A stretch of DNA of 64,000 bases from an uncultured Solirubrobacterales bacterium (GCA_963799745.1 CAWCYH010000006.1:68047-132046), one strand, 5' to 3'; shown: positions 35,161 through 44,574, counted from the stretch's first letter. Made by a program: numbers and translations. The notes: generated by a model not told the origin, from the sequence alone.

Positions 35161-36669
35161 GTGAGCGCCGATCTGCTCGTCGGAGTCGACGTCGGCTCGC
35201 AGGGCACGTGTGCGCAGGCGATCACCGCCGAGGGCACCGCAGTGGCCACCAGCTACGTGCCCCACGCTCTGTCCTATCCCCGGCCGGGTTGGGCCGAGCA
35301 GGACCCGGAGGAATGGCTCGCCGCCGTCGCCCGGGCGCTGAGCGAGGTGCGCAGGTCGGTGGCGGGAAGCGCCGTGCGAGCGATCGCCTTTGGATCGCAG
35401 CTCGATGGCCTGGTGGCCGCTGATGCCGACGGCTCGCCCACCGGACCCGCGCTGGTGTGGATGGACCGGCGAGCCGCGGCGCAGTGCGAGGAGGCCGCCG
35501 GCGAGCTCGAGCCGGCCCGATTACGTGAGCTGACCGGCTGCAACCTCGATCCTGGCCACGTCGCGGCGAAGATCAGCTGGCTCCGCCGCCACCGGCCCGA
35601 CCAACATACGGCCGCGCGATGGTTCCTGCTGCCCGGCTCGTTCGTCGCCTGGCGGGCCGCCGGCGAGCTGGCCGTCGATCCCTCGAACGCGTCGTCCTCG
35701 ATGCTGCTCGACGTTCGCACCCGGGATTGGTCGGAGGAAGCCTGTGCCGCCTTCGGCGTCGAGATCGAGAGGCTCGCGCCGGTCCGGCCGGCTCACCACG
35801 TCCTGGGGCCGGTGGCGCCGTGGCTGCGCAATGCCGCCGGCCTTGACGGGTCGACGCTCGTGGTTCTCGGCTGCGGCGACGAGATGGCCGCCACGCTGGG
35901 CGCGGGCGTGATCGAGCCAGGCACGGTGTGCGACGTGATGGGCACCGCCGAGCCCGTGTGCGCGGTGGTCTCCGAGCCGGCGCTCGATCCCGGGTGCGTG
36001 ACCGAGGCGCATCCCCACGCGAGCCCCGACGGGTGGCTGCTCGAGAACCCGGGGTGGCTCTCCGGCGGCGCCTACCGCTGGTTTCGCGACGAGCTCGGGT
36101 CGGTCGAGCTCACGCGCGCCGCCGCGACCGGCGCCGACGTGTACCAGCTCCTCAACGACGAGGCGGCGGCGGTGCCCGCGGGAGCCGGTGGCGTGGTCTG
36201 GCTGCCGGCGCTCGCCGGTGCCACCGCGCCCGAGTGGAACCCGGATGCACGCGCGGCGTGGTTCGGCCTCACCGCGGCCCACGGCCGCTCGCACCTGGCC
36301 CGGGCTTTGCTCGAGGGCAACGCCTTCGCGCTCCGCGATGTCGTCGACGCGATGCGCACCGCGGGGCTGGCCCCGACCGAGCTCGTCTGCGTCGGCGGCG
36401 GCGCGCGCGGCGACCTCCTGCTCGAGATTCGCGCCGACGTCACGGGGCTGCCGGTGACCCGGCCCGAGGACGTCGAGACGACGGCCCGCGGCGCGGCGAT
36501 GCTGGCCGCGGTCGGGGCGGGGCTCCACCCGGATGTCCCCACGGCCGTCGCCCGGATGGCGGGGCCGCGCCGGGAGCCGGTGCTCGCCGACCCCGATCGG
36601 CAGGCCGTCTACGCCGCGGCCCACGAGCGCTACCGCGACCTGTACGCCGCGCTCCGGCCGTTGTTCTGA
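35161..36669 (+). CDS. FGGY family carbohydrate kinase (xylulokinase/gluconokinase-like)
   Basis: LLVGVDVGSQGTCAQAI, WAEQDPEEW, VWMDRRA, GCGDEMAATLGAG, GWLSGGAYRWF and CVGGGARGDLLLEIRADVTGLPV. Confidence 0.9.
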   Translation: MSADLLVGVDVGSQGTCAQAITAEGTAVATSYVPHALSYPRPGWAEQDPEEWLAAVARALSEVRRSVAGSAVRAIAFGSQLDGLVAADADGSPTGPALVWMDRRAAAQCEEAAGELEPARLRELTGCNLDPGHVAAKISWLRRHRPDQHTAARWFLLPGSFVAWRAAGELAVDPSNASSSMLLDVRTRDWSEEACAAFGVEIERLAPVRPAHHVLGPVAPWLRNAAGLDGSTLVVLGCGDEMAATLGAGVIEPGTVCDVMGTAEPVCAVVSEPALDPGCVTEAHPHASPDGWLLENPGWLSGGAYRWFRDELGSVELTRAAATGADVYQLLNDEAAAVPAGAGGVVWLPALAGATAPEWNPDARAAWFGLTAAHGRSHLARALLEGNAFALRDVVDAMRTAGLAPTELVCVGGGARGDLLLEIRADVTGLPVTRPEDVETTARGAAMLAAVGAGLHPDVPTAVARMAGPRREPVLADPDRQAVYAAAHERYRDLYAALRPLF

Positions 36670-36724
36670 GCACGCTCCCCCCGATGGCCCCTCCGGCCGT
36701 CCGCCTTTCCAGCGATCGCCCTGA

Positions 36725-38098
36725 TCACGTGGCGATGAACACGTTCTTCAGCTCCGTGTAGTGCTCGAGCGCGTGCGGACCCAGCTCGCGCCCGAGGCCG
36801 GACTGCTTGAAGCCGCCGAACGGAGTGCTGACGCGAACCGAGGTGTTCGAGTTGACCGACAGGGTGCCGGTCTCCAGTGCCCGCGCGACCCGCATCGCCC
36901 TGGCGACGTGGGTCGTCCAGATCGAGCCCGACAGCCCGTAGATCGTGTCGTTGGCGAGCCGCACCGCCTCCTCCTCGCCGTCGAAGGGGATCACCGCCGC
37001 CACCGGTCCGAAGATCTCCTCGCGCGCGACGCGGTCGTCGTTTGAGACCGGGCAGAGGACCGTCGGCGCAAACCAGTAGCCGGCCCCGCCGGGGGCGCTG
37101 CCGCGGAACGCCACCGGCGTGCCGCCGTCGAGGAAGGCGCCGACCTTCTCGCGCTGCTCGGCCGAGATCAGCGGCCCCATCTGCGTCTCATCGTCGAGCG
37201 GATCGCCCACCCGCAGCGCCTTGACGGCGTCCTCGAGCAACGACATGAACCGGTCCAGCGCGGGTCGCTCGACGAGGATCCGCGACCGCGCGCAGCAATC
37301 CTGACCCGCGTTGCCGAACACCGCGAGCGGCGCGGCCTGGGCCGCTGCCTCGAGGTCAGCGTCGGCGAAGACCACGTTCGCCGACTTGCCGCCGAGCTCG
37401 AGCGTGACCCGCTTGATCGACTGCGCGGCGAGCTGGCCGATCCGCCGGCCCACCGCGGTCGAACCGGTGAACGCGACCTTGGCCACGTCCGGATGCTCGA
37501 CGAGGCGCTCCCCGACGACCCGGCCGGGGCCGACCACGACGTTCAGCACGCCCTCCGGCAGACCGGCCTCCAGCGCGATCTTCTCGAGCTCGAGCGCGGT
37601 CAGCGGCGTCAGCTCGGCCGGCTTGAGCACGATCGTGTTCCCGGCCGCGAGCGCCGGCGCCACCTTCCAGCACGCGATCGCCAATGGGAAGTTCCACGGG
37701 ACGATCAGGCCGACCACGCCCAGCGGCTCGCGGAACGTCACGTCGACGCCGCCAGCCACCGGAATCGTGTCACCGAGCAGCCGCTCGGGCGCGCCGGCGT
37801 AGTAGTGAAAGGTGTCGGCGACCATCCCGATCTCGCCTCGCGCATCGCTGATCGGCTTGCCGACGTTTCGCGCCTCGAGCACGGCCAGGTCCTCGGCGCG
37901 GTCGGTGATCGCCTCGGCCAGCGCCCGCAGCTGGCGAGCGCGATCCCCAGGCGCCAGCGCCCGCCAGCCGACGAACGCCTCCCGGGCGCGAGCGATGGCA
38001 GCGTCCGTCTCCGGAACCCCGGCGTGTGGTAGCTCGGCCAAGACCTCCTCGCTCGCCGGCTCCACGACCTTCAACATCGTCTCGCTGCTCGTCGTCAT
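36725..38098 (-). CDS. NAD(P)-dependent aldehyde dehydrogenase (PuuC/PauC-like context)
   Basis: VPWNFPL, FTGSTAVGRRI, LELGGKSANVVF (catalytic Glu), GQDCCARSR (catalytic Cys) and EEIFGPV. Confidence 0.92.
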   Translation of the reverse strand: MTTSSETMLKVVEPASEEVLAELPHAGVPETDAAIARAREAFVGWRALAPGDRARQLRALAEAITDRAEDLAVLEARNVGKPISDARGEIGMVADTFHYYAGAPERLLGDTIPVAGGVDVTFREPLGVVGLIVPWNFPLAIACWKVAPALAAGNTIVLKPAELTPLTALELEKIALEAGLPEGVLNVVVGPGRVVGERLVEHPDVAKVAFTGSTAVGRRIGQLAAQSIKRVTLELGGKSANVVFADADLEAAAQAAPLAVFGNAGQDCCARSRILVERPALDRFMSLLEDAVKALRVGDPLDDETQMGPLISAEQREKVGAFLDGGTPVAFRGSAPGGAGYWFAPTVLCPVSNDDRVAREEIFGPVAAVIPFDGEEEAVRLANDTIYGLSGSIWTTHVARAMRVARALETGTLSVNSNTSVRVSTPFGGFKQSGLGRELGPHALEHYTELKNVFIAT

Positions 38099-38180
38099 GA
38101 GATCCTCCCGCGCGCTCGATTTCCGCGAACTGTACTGTTATAAGGACCTCAACTAGGACCATTTGACAGGGAGGGACCGC

Positions 38181-39575
38181 GTGACCAACCCCCTCGTTGA
38201 CAGCACCTCGTCGCACGTGCTGGCGCCGGAGTTCGACCGGCGTTATCCGATGATCGTGGCCGGCGAAGGCGTCTGGGCCGAGGACGTCGCGGGGCGGCGC
38301 TACCTCGACGCGATGAGCGGGGGATCGATGGCGCTGACGCTCGGGCACGGCCGCCAGGACCTGATCGAAGCGGCCGCCGCGCAGGCCCGGAAGCTCGCGT
38401 TCGTGCACAACGAGCGGCTGACCAACCCGGCGCAGGAGCAGCTGGCCCGGGAGCTGACGGCGGTGGCGCCCGCGGGGATGGAACGCGTGCACTTCGTCAC
38501 CGGTGGTGCCGAGGCCAACGAGTGTGCGCTACGTCTCGCGCGCAGCTACCACGTGGAGCGCGGAGAGCCCGGTCGCTGGCGGGTGATCTCGCCTGCCCAG
38601 GCCTACCACGGACCGACGATGGCGACGCTGGCGCTGACCGGTCGGCCTGGTCTGCAGGGTCCACTGGCCCCCTATCTCCAGGAGCAGCCGCACATTCCGC
38701 CGAGCACCTGGCGCTTTGACCCGACCGGAGCGCAGGCGCTGGAGGCGCTCGACCGTGCGCTCGAGCAGGTCGGCCCGGAGAGCGTCAGCGCGTTCTTCTG
38801 CGAGGCGATCAGCGCGGCGGCGCTGCCCGCCTACACCCCGCCACGTCGTTTCTGGGAAGGGCTGGCGCAGCGGCGGGAGCGCCACGGGTTCCTGATCTGC
38901 CTGGACGAGGTGGTCACCGGCATGGGCCGCAGCGGCAGCTGGTTCGCCGCCGAGGGGCTCCCGTTCACGCCGGACATCATCGCCACCGCCAAGGGCCTCG
39001 GCGCGGGCTATGCCGCGATCGGCGCGACGATCTGCCATCAGCGCGTCTATGACGCCGTCGCCTCCGGTTCGCGCCGCTTCACGCTCGGCCACACCTGGGA
39101 CGGTGCCCCGCTTCCGTGCGCGGTCGGGGTCGCCGTGATCGAGGCGCTGCGGCGGGAGCAGCTGATCGAACGGGTCGCCGAGCGCGGCCCGCGACTGCGT
39201 GACGAGCTCGCCCAGGCGCTCGACGGGATCGCGATGGTGCGGGAGGTCCGAGGGCACGGGTTCCTGCTCGGCGTCGAGTACGTCGATCCGCGCGACGGCG
39301 AGTCGTTCCTGCCGGCCGAGCTCGGCGTGGCCGGACGGATCGACGACGTGGCGCTCGAGCACGGCCTCGTGATCCTCTCGACCCAGCCCACCGGGGACGG
39401 CTACGCCGGTGACCAGAGCCTGTTCGCGCCGCCGTTCACCACCACCGACGAGGAGCTGGCCGAGATGGTCTCCCGCTTCGTGGCGGTCCTCGGCGAGGTC
39501 GCGCGCGACGTCGAACGCGAGCTGGCCGGCCAGAAGCGGGTCCCGGAGCCTGTCCCCACGGGAGATGCGCAATGA
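38181..39575 (+). CDS. Class III (omega) aminotransferase, PLP-dependent, paralogue 1
   Basis: GGGAGGG lies before GTG 38181. Contains GEGVWAEDVAGRRYLDAMSG, HFVTGGAEANECALRLAR, YHG, LDEVVTGMGRSG and DIIATAKGLGAGY (PLP Lys). Confidence 0.9.
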   Translation: MTNPLVDSTSSHVLAPEFDRRYPMIVAGEGVWAEDVAGRRYLDAMSGGSMALTLGHGRQDLIEAAAAQARKLAFVHNERLTNPAQEQLARELTAVAPAGMERVHFVTGGAEANECALRLARSYHVERGEPGRWRVISPAQAYHGPTMATLALTGRPGLQGPLAPYLQEQPHIPPSTWRFDPTGAQALEALDRALEQVGPESVSAFFCEAISAAALPAYTPPRRFWEGLAQRRERHGFLICLDEVVTGMGRSGSWFAAEGLPFTPDIIATAKGLGAGYAAIGATICHQRVYDAVASGSRRFTLGHTWDGAPLPCAVGVAVIEALRREQLIERVAERGPRLRDELAQALDGIAMVREVRGHGFLLGVEYVDPRDGESFLPAELGVAGRIDDVALEHGLVILSTQPTGDGYAGDQSLFAPPFTTTDEELAEMVSRFVAVLGEVARDVERELAGQKRVPEPVPTGDAQ

Positions 39576-39615
39576 CGGGTCTCCGAGCCTGTTCCCACGG
39601 GAGGTGCGCAATGAC
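39538..39615. repeat. 2 x 39-bp tandem duplication spanning a stop/start gene junction
   Basis: gggtcccggagcctgtccccacgggagatgcgcaatgac (39538-39576) and gggtctccgagcctgttcccacgggaggtgcgcaatgac (39577-39615) match at 35 of 39 positions. Confidence 0.85.
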
Positions 39616-40327
39616 GGGCGCCAACTCGGACGCTCGGTTGCGGGCGCTCGTGATCCAGCACGAGCAGCCCACGCCGGGCGGCTACGTCCACCAGTGGCTC
39701 GACGAGCGCGGCGCCGAACAGGACATCTACCGAATCGACATCGAGGGCCGGGACGTGGATCCACGGGACTACGCCATGATCGTCTCGCTCGGATCGGAGT
39801 TCGCCGCTTTCGACGATTCCGTTCCGTGGCTGAGACGCGAACAACAACTGCTGCGAGATGCCGCGGACGAGCAGGTCCCCGTGCTCGGCATCTGCTTCGG
39901 CGGGCAGCTGCTGGCCCGGGTCCTGGGAGGCAGCTCGTTCCGCGGGGAGCTCGCCGAAATCGGCTGGCTCCCGGTGCGCAGCGAGGATCAAACGCTCGTG
40001 TCGGACGGTCCCTGGTTTCAGTGGCACTTCGACTCGTTCACCGCGCCACCGGGTGCCCGCCTGATCGCCGATAGCCCCGCGGGCCCGCAGGCGTACACGA
40101 TCGGTCGCAGCCTCGGCGTTCAGTTTCACCCGGAGGTGACGCCGGAGATCATGGACTCGTGGGTTGCGACCTACCGCCACGAGCTCGACCAGGAGGGCGT
40201 CGATCCGGATCGGCTGCTCGAGGAGACCTACCAGCGGGCCGATGACACGCGGGCCGCCGCGTGGCGCCTGTTCGACGGGTTCCTGGACCGCGTGGCCAGC
40301 CTCGGGGAGGCCGTTCGTGGCCGTTGA
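39611..40327 (+). CDS. Class I glutamine amidotransferase-like hydrolase (PuuD/PauD-like gamma-glutamyl-amide hydrolase candidate)
   Basis: VPVLGICFGGQLLA (nucleophile Cys) and GVQFHPE (His/Glu). The alternative start ATG 39572 in the duplicated junction would add 13 aa. Confidence 0.85.
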   Translation: MTGANSDARLRALVIQHEQPTPGGYVHQWLDERGAEQDIYRIDIEGRDVDPRDYAMIVSLGSEFAAFDDSVPWLRREQQLLRDAADEQVPVLGICFGGQLLARVLGGSSFRGELAEIGWLPVRSEDQTLVSDGPWFQWHFDSFTAPPGARLIADSPAGPQAYTIGRSLGVQFHPEVTPEIMDSWVATYRHELDQEGVDPDRLLEETYQRADDTRAAAWRLFDGFLDRVASLGEAVRGR

Positions 40328-40364
40328 GGTGTCGAGCCCGGGCGGCCGCGCCGGCGACCGCACC

Positions 40365-41111
40365 ATGGCGGGTGACCGCACCGGGTCGGGTTTCGCACCG
40401 ATCCAGCAGCTCCGCGCGCACGAGTACGTGGCCGAGCAGGTCCGGCGCCACATCGCTCTGCGCCTCATCGCACCCGGTGAGTCCCTGCCCTCCGAGCGCG
40501 AGCTCGCGACGACCTTCGGCGTGGGGCGCCCGACCGTCCAGCACGCGCTGCGCCTGCTCGAGGCTGATCATCTCGTGGAGGCGCGGCGGGGGCGCCGTGG
40601 CGGCACGTTCGTGTCCGAGCCGGCGGAGAGCGCGGGGGCGATGGACGAGCTGCTGGCACGCGTGCTGCGCCGGCGCAAGGAGCTCGAGGAGGTGCTGATC
40701 TATCGCCGGGCGGTCGAGCCGCGCGTGGCCGCGGAAGCCGCCCGGAGTCGCCGGCGCGGAGACTTGACGGCGATCTCGAGAGCGCTCGCCGCGATGTCGC
40801 GGGCCGGTAGCGAACCCGACTACATGCGCCATGACACCGAGTTCCATCTGGCGATCGCGCGCGCCACCCGCAACCGCTTCATGCTCGGCGGGATTGAGGA
40901 CGTGCGGCTGCGCCTGAACGACGCGATGAGCCTGCTGCCGGAATCAGACACGTGGCACCGCCGGCTCTCCGGCGAGCACGATGCGATTGCCGCAGCGATC
41001 CGGTCCCGTGACGCGCACGCGGCCGAGCGAGCGATGGACCAGCACGTCGCCGCCAGCGCGGTCAGCGTGCGCGCGGTGCTGAGCGCGATCAGGAGGAGGC
41101 TGGCGCCATGA
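40365..41111 (+). CDS. GntR family regulator, FadR subfamily (FCD domain)
   Basis: LPSERELATTFGVGRPTVQHALRLLEADHLVEARRGRRGGTFV, then an all-helical FCD-like domain (DTEFHLAIARATRNRFM, EHDAIAAAIRSRDAHAAERAMDQHV). Confidence 0.85.
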   Translation: MAGDRTGSGFAPIQQLRAHEYVAEQVRRHIALRLIAPGESLPSERELATTFGVGRPTVQHALRLLEADHLVEARRGRRGGTFVSEPAESAGAMDELLARVLRRRKELEEVLIYRRAVEPRVAAEAARSRRRGDLTAISRALAAMSRAGSEPDYMRHDTEFHLAIARATRNRFMLGGIEDVRLRLNDAMSLLPESDTWHRRLSGEHDAIAAAIRSRDAHAAERAMDQHVAASAVSVRAVLSAIRRRLAP

Positions 41112-42463
41112 TCGAGGCGGCAGCGACACACGTGTTCCCGCGGTTGCTCGACCTCGCCTATCCGGATATCGAGCGGGGCGTGGGCGTGCGGCTCTACACG
41201 AGCGACGGCTTCGAGCTGCTCGATGCCTGTTCGGGCGGCGCGATGGTGGCCTGTCTGGGCCACGCCGACGCGGAGATCGTGGAAGCGGCGCGCGCGCAGG
41301 CGCAGCGCATCTCCTACATCTACAACCACCATTTCACGAACGAGCCCCAGGAGCGGCTGGCCGCGCGGCTGATCGAGACCACGGCGCCCGAGATGGCCCG
41401 GGTGCGATTCGTCTCCGGGGGCTCTGAGGCCAACGAGACCGCCGTGCGGCTGATCCGCCAGTACCACGTCGACCGCGGCGAGCCGGGACGGTGGCGGATC
41501 ATCTCCCCCGCCCAGGCCTACCACGGCGCGCTGTTCGGAGCGCTCGCCCTGACGGGCCGGCGCAGCCTGCAGCAGCCCTACAGCGAGTACCTCCCCGGCC
41601 ACCTGCACATCGCGCCGGCGACCTGGCGCTTTGATCCCTCCGGCGAGGCCGCGCTGGCAGAACTCGACCGGCTGCTTCACGCGGCCGGAGCCGAGACCGT
41701 CGCGGCGTTCCTGTGCGAGCCGGTCAGCGCCGCGGCGCTGCCGGGGTACACGCCGCCGGCGAGTTTCTGGGAGGGGCTCGAGGAGCGCCGCCGGCGCCAT
41801 GGGTTCCTGCTCTGCTTCGACGAGGTGGTGACCGGGATGGGCCGCACCGGCAGCTGGTTCGCGGGACAACAGCTGCCGATCGAGCCCGACCTGATCACCG
41901 GCGGCAAGGGCCTCGGCGCCGGTTACGCCCCGCTCGCCGCCACGATCTGCAACGCCCAGGTCTATGAGGCGCTCGCCCAGGGGTCTCGAAACTTCGAGCA
42001 CGGGCACACGTGGGACGGAGCCCCGCTTCCGTGTGCCGTCGGCTTGGCCGTGCTCGACGCGCTGATCGAGCGCGGCTTGATCGAGCGGGTGCGAACGCGG
42101 GGACCGTCGCTTCGTGAGGAGCTCGAGCAGGCTCTGGCGGGTGCGGAGATCGTCAGAGAGGTCCGCGGCCGGGGGTTCCTGCTGGGGGTCGAGTTCGTCG
42201 ACCCCCGCGACGGCGAATCGTTCCTGTCCGACGAGTTGGACGCGGCCTCGATGATCGACCAGACGGCCTTCGAACACGGCCTGCTCGTGACCTCGACCCA
42301 CTCCACAGCCGACGGGTACACCGGTGATCAGACGCTGCTGGCGCCGGCCTTCATCGCCACCGACGCCGAGCTCGCCGAGATGATCGAGCGCTTCGCCGAG
42401 ACCGTCGGGGAGGTCGAACGGTCGGTCAAGCAGGCCCTCGCCGGGACCTCGCCAGCCGGATGA
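41108..42463 (+). CDS. Class III (omega) aminotransferase, PLP-dependent, paralogue 2
   Basis: Clear paralogue of 38181..39575 (GEPGRWRIISPAQAYHG, FDEVVTGMGRTGSWFA, DLITGGKGLGAGY). Its start overlaps the regulator stop (ATGA). Confidence 0.9.
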   Translation: MIEAAATHVFPRLLDLAYPDIERGVGVRLYTSDGFELLDACSGGAMVACLGHADAEIVEAARAQAQRISYIYNHHFTNEPQERLAARLIETTAPEMARVRFVSGGSEANETAVRLIRQYHVDRGEPGRWRIISPAQAYHGALFGALALTGRRSLQQPYSEYLPGHLHIAPATWRFDPSGEAALAELDRLLHAAGAETVAAFLCEPVSAAALPGYTPPASFWEGLEERRRRHGFLLCFDEVVTGMGRTGSWFAGQQLPIEPDLITGGKGLGAGYAPLAATICNAQVYEALAQGSRNFEHGHTWDGAPLPCAVGLAVLDALIERGLIERVRTRGPSLREELEQALAGAEIVREVRGRGFLLGVEFVDPRDGESFLSDELDAASMIDQTAFEHGLLVTSTHSTADGYTGDQTLLAPAFIATDAELAEMIERFAETVGEVERSVKQALAGTSPAG

Positions 42464-42512
42464 CTCATGCGGCCGACATAAAGGCGGGCCTGGACGGCGA
42501 GCGGAGGCCAGC

Positions 42513-43847
42513 ATGAGCGACCTGTCGCTGTCCGAGCTGGCGTCCGCCGCGAGTGCCGGGGGCCCCGCCGAGGGCGAGTTCGTGCTGCTCGGGATGCCCG
42601 ACGTGCACGGCTCGGTGCGGGGCAAGGCGCTGCGACCCGAAGCGTTCGAGGCGGCGCTGTCGGGCGGCGCGGTGATGACCGACCTGCTGCTCGCGCTCGA
42701 CCCCACGGACACGCCGATCACCACCTACGAACGGTTCGGGATCCGGTCGGGCGCCGGCGATCTGGTCGTGCATCCCGACCCGTTGACGCTGCGCGAGCTG
42801 TCGTGGCTGCCGGGCTGGCGGATCTGCCTCTCCACCCCGGTGTGGCCCGACGGCAGCCCGTGCGAGCTCGCCTCGCGTGAGGCCTTGCGCGGCGCGCTGG
42901 CCCAGATGGGGGCGCAGGGCTACGAGACCCAGGCGGCGTTCGAGTACGAGGTACGGCTCAGCGACGCCGAGCACAGGCCGCTCTCGAGCGGGCTCAGCTA
43001 CAGCCTCGCGGAGATCTCCCGGTTCGATCGGTTCATCGCGCAGCTGCTGCCGGCGCTCGACGCGCTCGGGGTTGAGCTGTCAGCGATCCACACGGAGGCG
43101 GGTCCGGGCCTGCTCGAGCTGAACATCGCCGCCCGCGAGGGCCTGCGGGCCGCAGACGATGCGGTGTTTGTCAAGCTCTCGGTCAAGGAGGTCGCCGCCG
43201 CGATGGGCTTGCGCGCGAGCTTCATGGCCAAGGTGAAGCCGGGCGAGGAGGGCTCGAGCGGCCATGTCCACCTCTCCTGCTGGGCCGACGGCGTCAACGC
43301 GTTCGGCTCTGAGCAAGCCGAGGCGCAGCCCAACGCACCGTTTGGCGCCGCGATCGCCGGCGTGCTCGAGCACCTGCCGGCCGCGTCGCTGATGCTCAAC
43401 CCGACCATCAACTCCTACAAGCGCCTGGTCCCGGGCTGGTTCGCGCCCGTGAACGTGAGCTGGGGGCTCGAGAACCGCTCCTGCGCGGTCCGCGCGATCC
43501 GCGGCGCGGCGCCGGAGCGGTGGCGGATCGAATGCCGCCGTCCGGGTGCCGACGCGAACCCCTACCTGGCGCTTGCAGCGCTGGTCGCCTCCGCCGCCGA
43601 CGGCATCGGGCGAGGCGCGACGCCGCCGGCGCCGGTGGCGGGGGACGCCTCCGAGCGCGCGGACCTCCCTCCCCTTCCTGGATCGCTCGAGAGCGCCATC
43701 CAGGCCTTCGACGAGGACGCGCCATACCGCGCCCTCATCGGGGAGACGTTCTGCGACTACTTCAAGCTCTCCCGCGCCTGGGAGCTGAGGGCCTGGCGCG
43801 AGGCGGTGAGCGACTGGGAGCGCGAACGCTACGAACGTGTCGTTTGA
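42513..43847 (+). CDS. Glutamine synthetase family protein (gamma-glutamyl-amine synthetase candidate, PuuA/GlnA3-like), copy 1
   Basis: GGAGG lies before the ATG. Has a GS beta-grasp N-terminal domain and catalytic-domain motifs (HTEAGPGLLELNI, KPGEEGSSGHVHLS, NSYKRLVPGWFAPVNVSWGLENRSCAVR, RIECRRPGADANPYL). Confidence 0.9.
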   Translation: MSDLSLSELASAASAGGPAEGEFVLLGMPDVHGSVRGKALRPEAFEAALSGGAVMTDLLLALDPTDTPITTYERFGIRSGAGDLVVHPDPLTLRELSWLPGWRICLSTPVWPDGSPCELASREALRGALAQMGAQGYETQAAFEYEVRLSDAEHRPLSSGLSYSLAEISRFDRFIAQLLPALDALGVELSAIHTEAGPGLLELNIAAREGLRAADDAVFVKLSVKEVAAAMGLRASFMAKVKPGEEGSSGHVHLSCWADGVNAFGSEQAEAQPNAPFGAAIAGVLEHLPAASLMLNPTINSYKRLVPGWFAPVNVSWGLENRSCAVRAIRGAAPERWRIECRRPGADANPYLALAALVASAADGIGRGATPPAPVAGDASERADLPPLPGSLESAIQAFDEDAPYRALIGETFCDYFKLSRAWELRAWREAVSDWERERYERVV

Positions 43848-44574
43848 GCGCCAGCAGAAGGACAGTCTGTGCGGCCCGTTCCACGCGGCGCGGGTGCTGC
43901 ACGACGCCGGCGTCAGCGAACGCGACGGCGAGCCGGTCGATCAGGATCTGGTCGCGCTGCGCGCCGGCACGCTGCTGCCCGTCGCCGAGGTCGGCCCGCA
44001 GGTGCCGCCGGGCGCGACCAATTGGCGCGAGTACCGATATGTCCTGGGCCGAGCCGAGCCAGAGCGGGGCGGAACCTCCCCCGGGGGCCTGGCAAGGGCG
44101 ATCGAAGAGCTATCCGGGGGACGGCTGGTGTGCGTGCCACTGAGCGGGACGTGGAGCGCGTCGACCGTCGAGCGACTTCTCGAGCGCGCGGCCGGCTCCA
44201 GGGCGCGGCTGATCGCCAACCTGCGCAGCGGGCTGCTGTGGGGTAGCCGCCCTCCGATCGAGGCGCTGCTGGCGGCGCTCGACGGGTTCGAGCTCACCGA
44301 CCCACCGGCGGCGGATTGGGACGCGGGCCACTTCGTCGAGCTCGTGCAGTCGCTACGCGGCCGGCGCGGGACGCTGGTGCTGGTGCGCGACTCCTATCCC
44401 TCGCTGGGCTGGATGGGCTGCCACCTTCAGCCCCCGGCGGCGCTCGCCGCGGCGCTCATGCGGGGCGATGGTCGCAGCGGCGGCGTGATCGGGGTCGGGT
44501 CCGCCGACGCCGCGCCGGCGATCGAGCAGCTCGCGATCGAGCTGGGGCTGCGGACCGAGTTCTGGGACAACTAA
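43837..44574 (+). CDS. Uncharacterised protein with a papain-fold-like Gln/Cys...His...Asp arrangement (phytochelatin-synthase/C83-like)
   Basis: QQKDSLCGPFHAARVL (oxyanion Gln plus Cys-Gly), then AGHFVELVQSLRGRRGTLVLVRDSYPSLGW. This parallels the PCS-like QVNQAYCG and GGHISPL, LIMDVSRYKYPP. The GTG start overlaps the end of GS copy 1 by 11 nt. Confidence 0.65.
   Translation: MSFERQQKDSLCGPFHAARVLHDAGVSERDGEPVDQDLVALRAGTLLPVAEVGPQVPPGATNWREYRYVLGRAEPERGGTSPGGLARAIEELSGGRLVCVPLSGTWSASTVERLLERAAGSRARLIANLRSGLLWGSRPPIEALLAALDGFELTDPPAADWDAGHFVELVQSLRGRRGTLVLVRDSYPSLGWMGCHLQPPAALAAALMRGDGRSGGVIGVGSADAAPAIEQLAIELGLRTEFWDN

Noticed and set aside
38143-38160. Direct repeat AGGACC-N6-AGGACC in the ALDH / aminotransferase divergent region, considered as a FadR-type operator.
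   Set aside because: It is short, occurs once and has no palindromic symmetry of the kind FadR/GntR proteins usually bind. The evidence is too weak to annotate.
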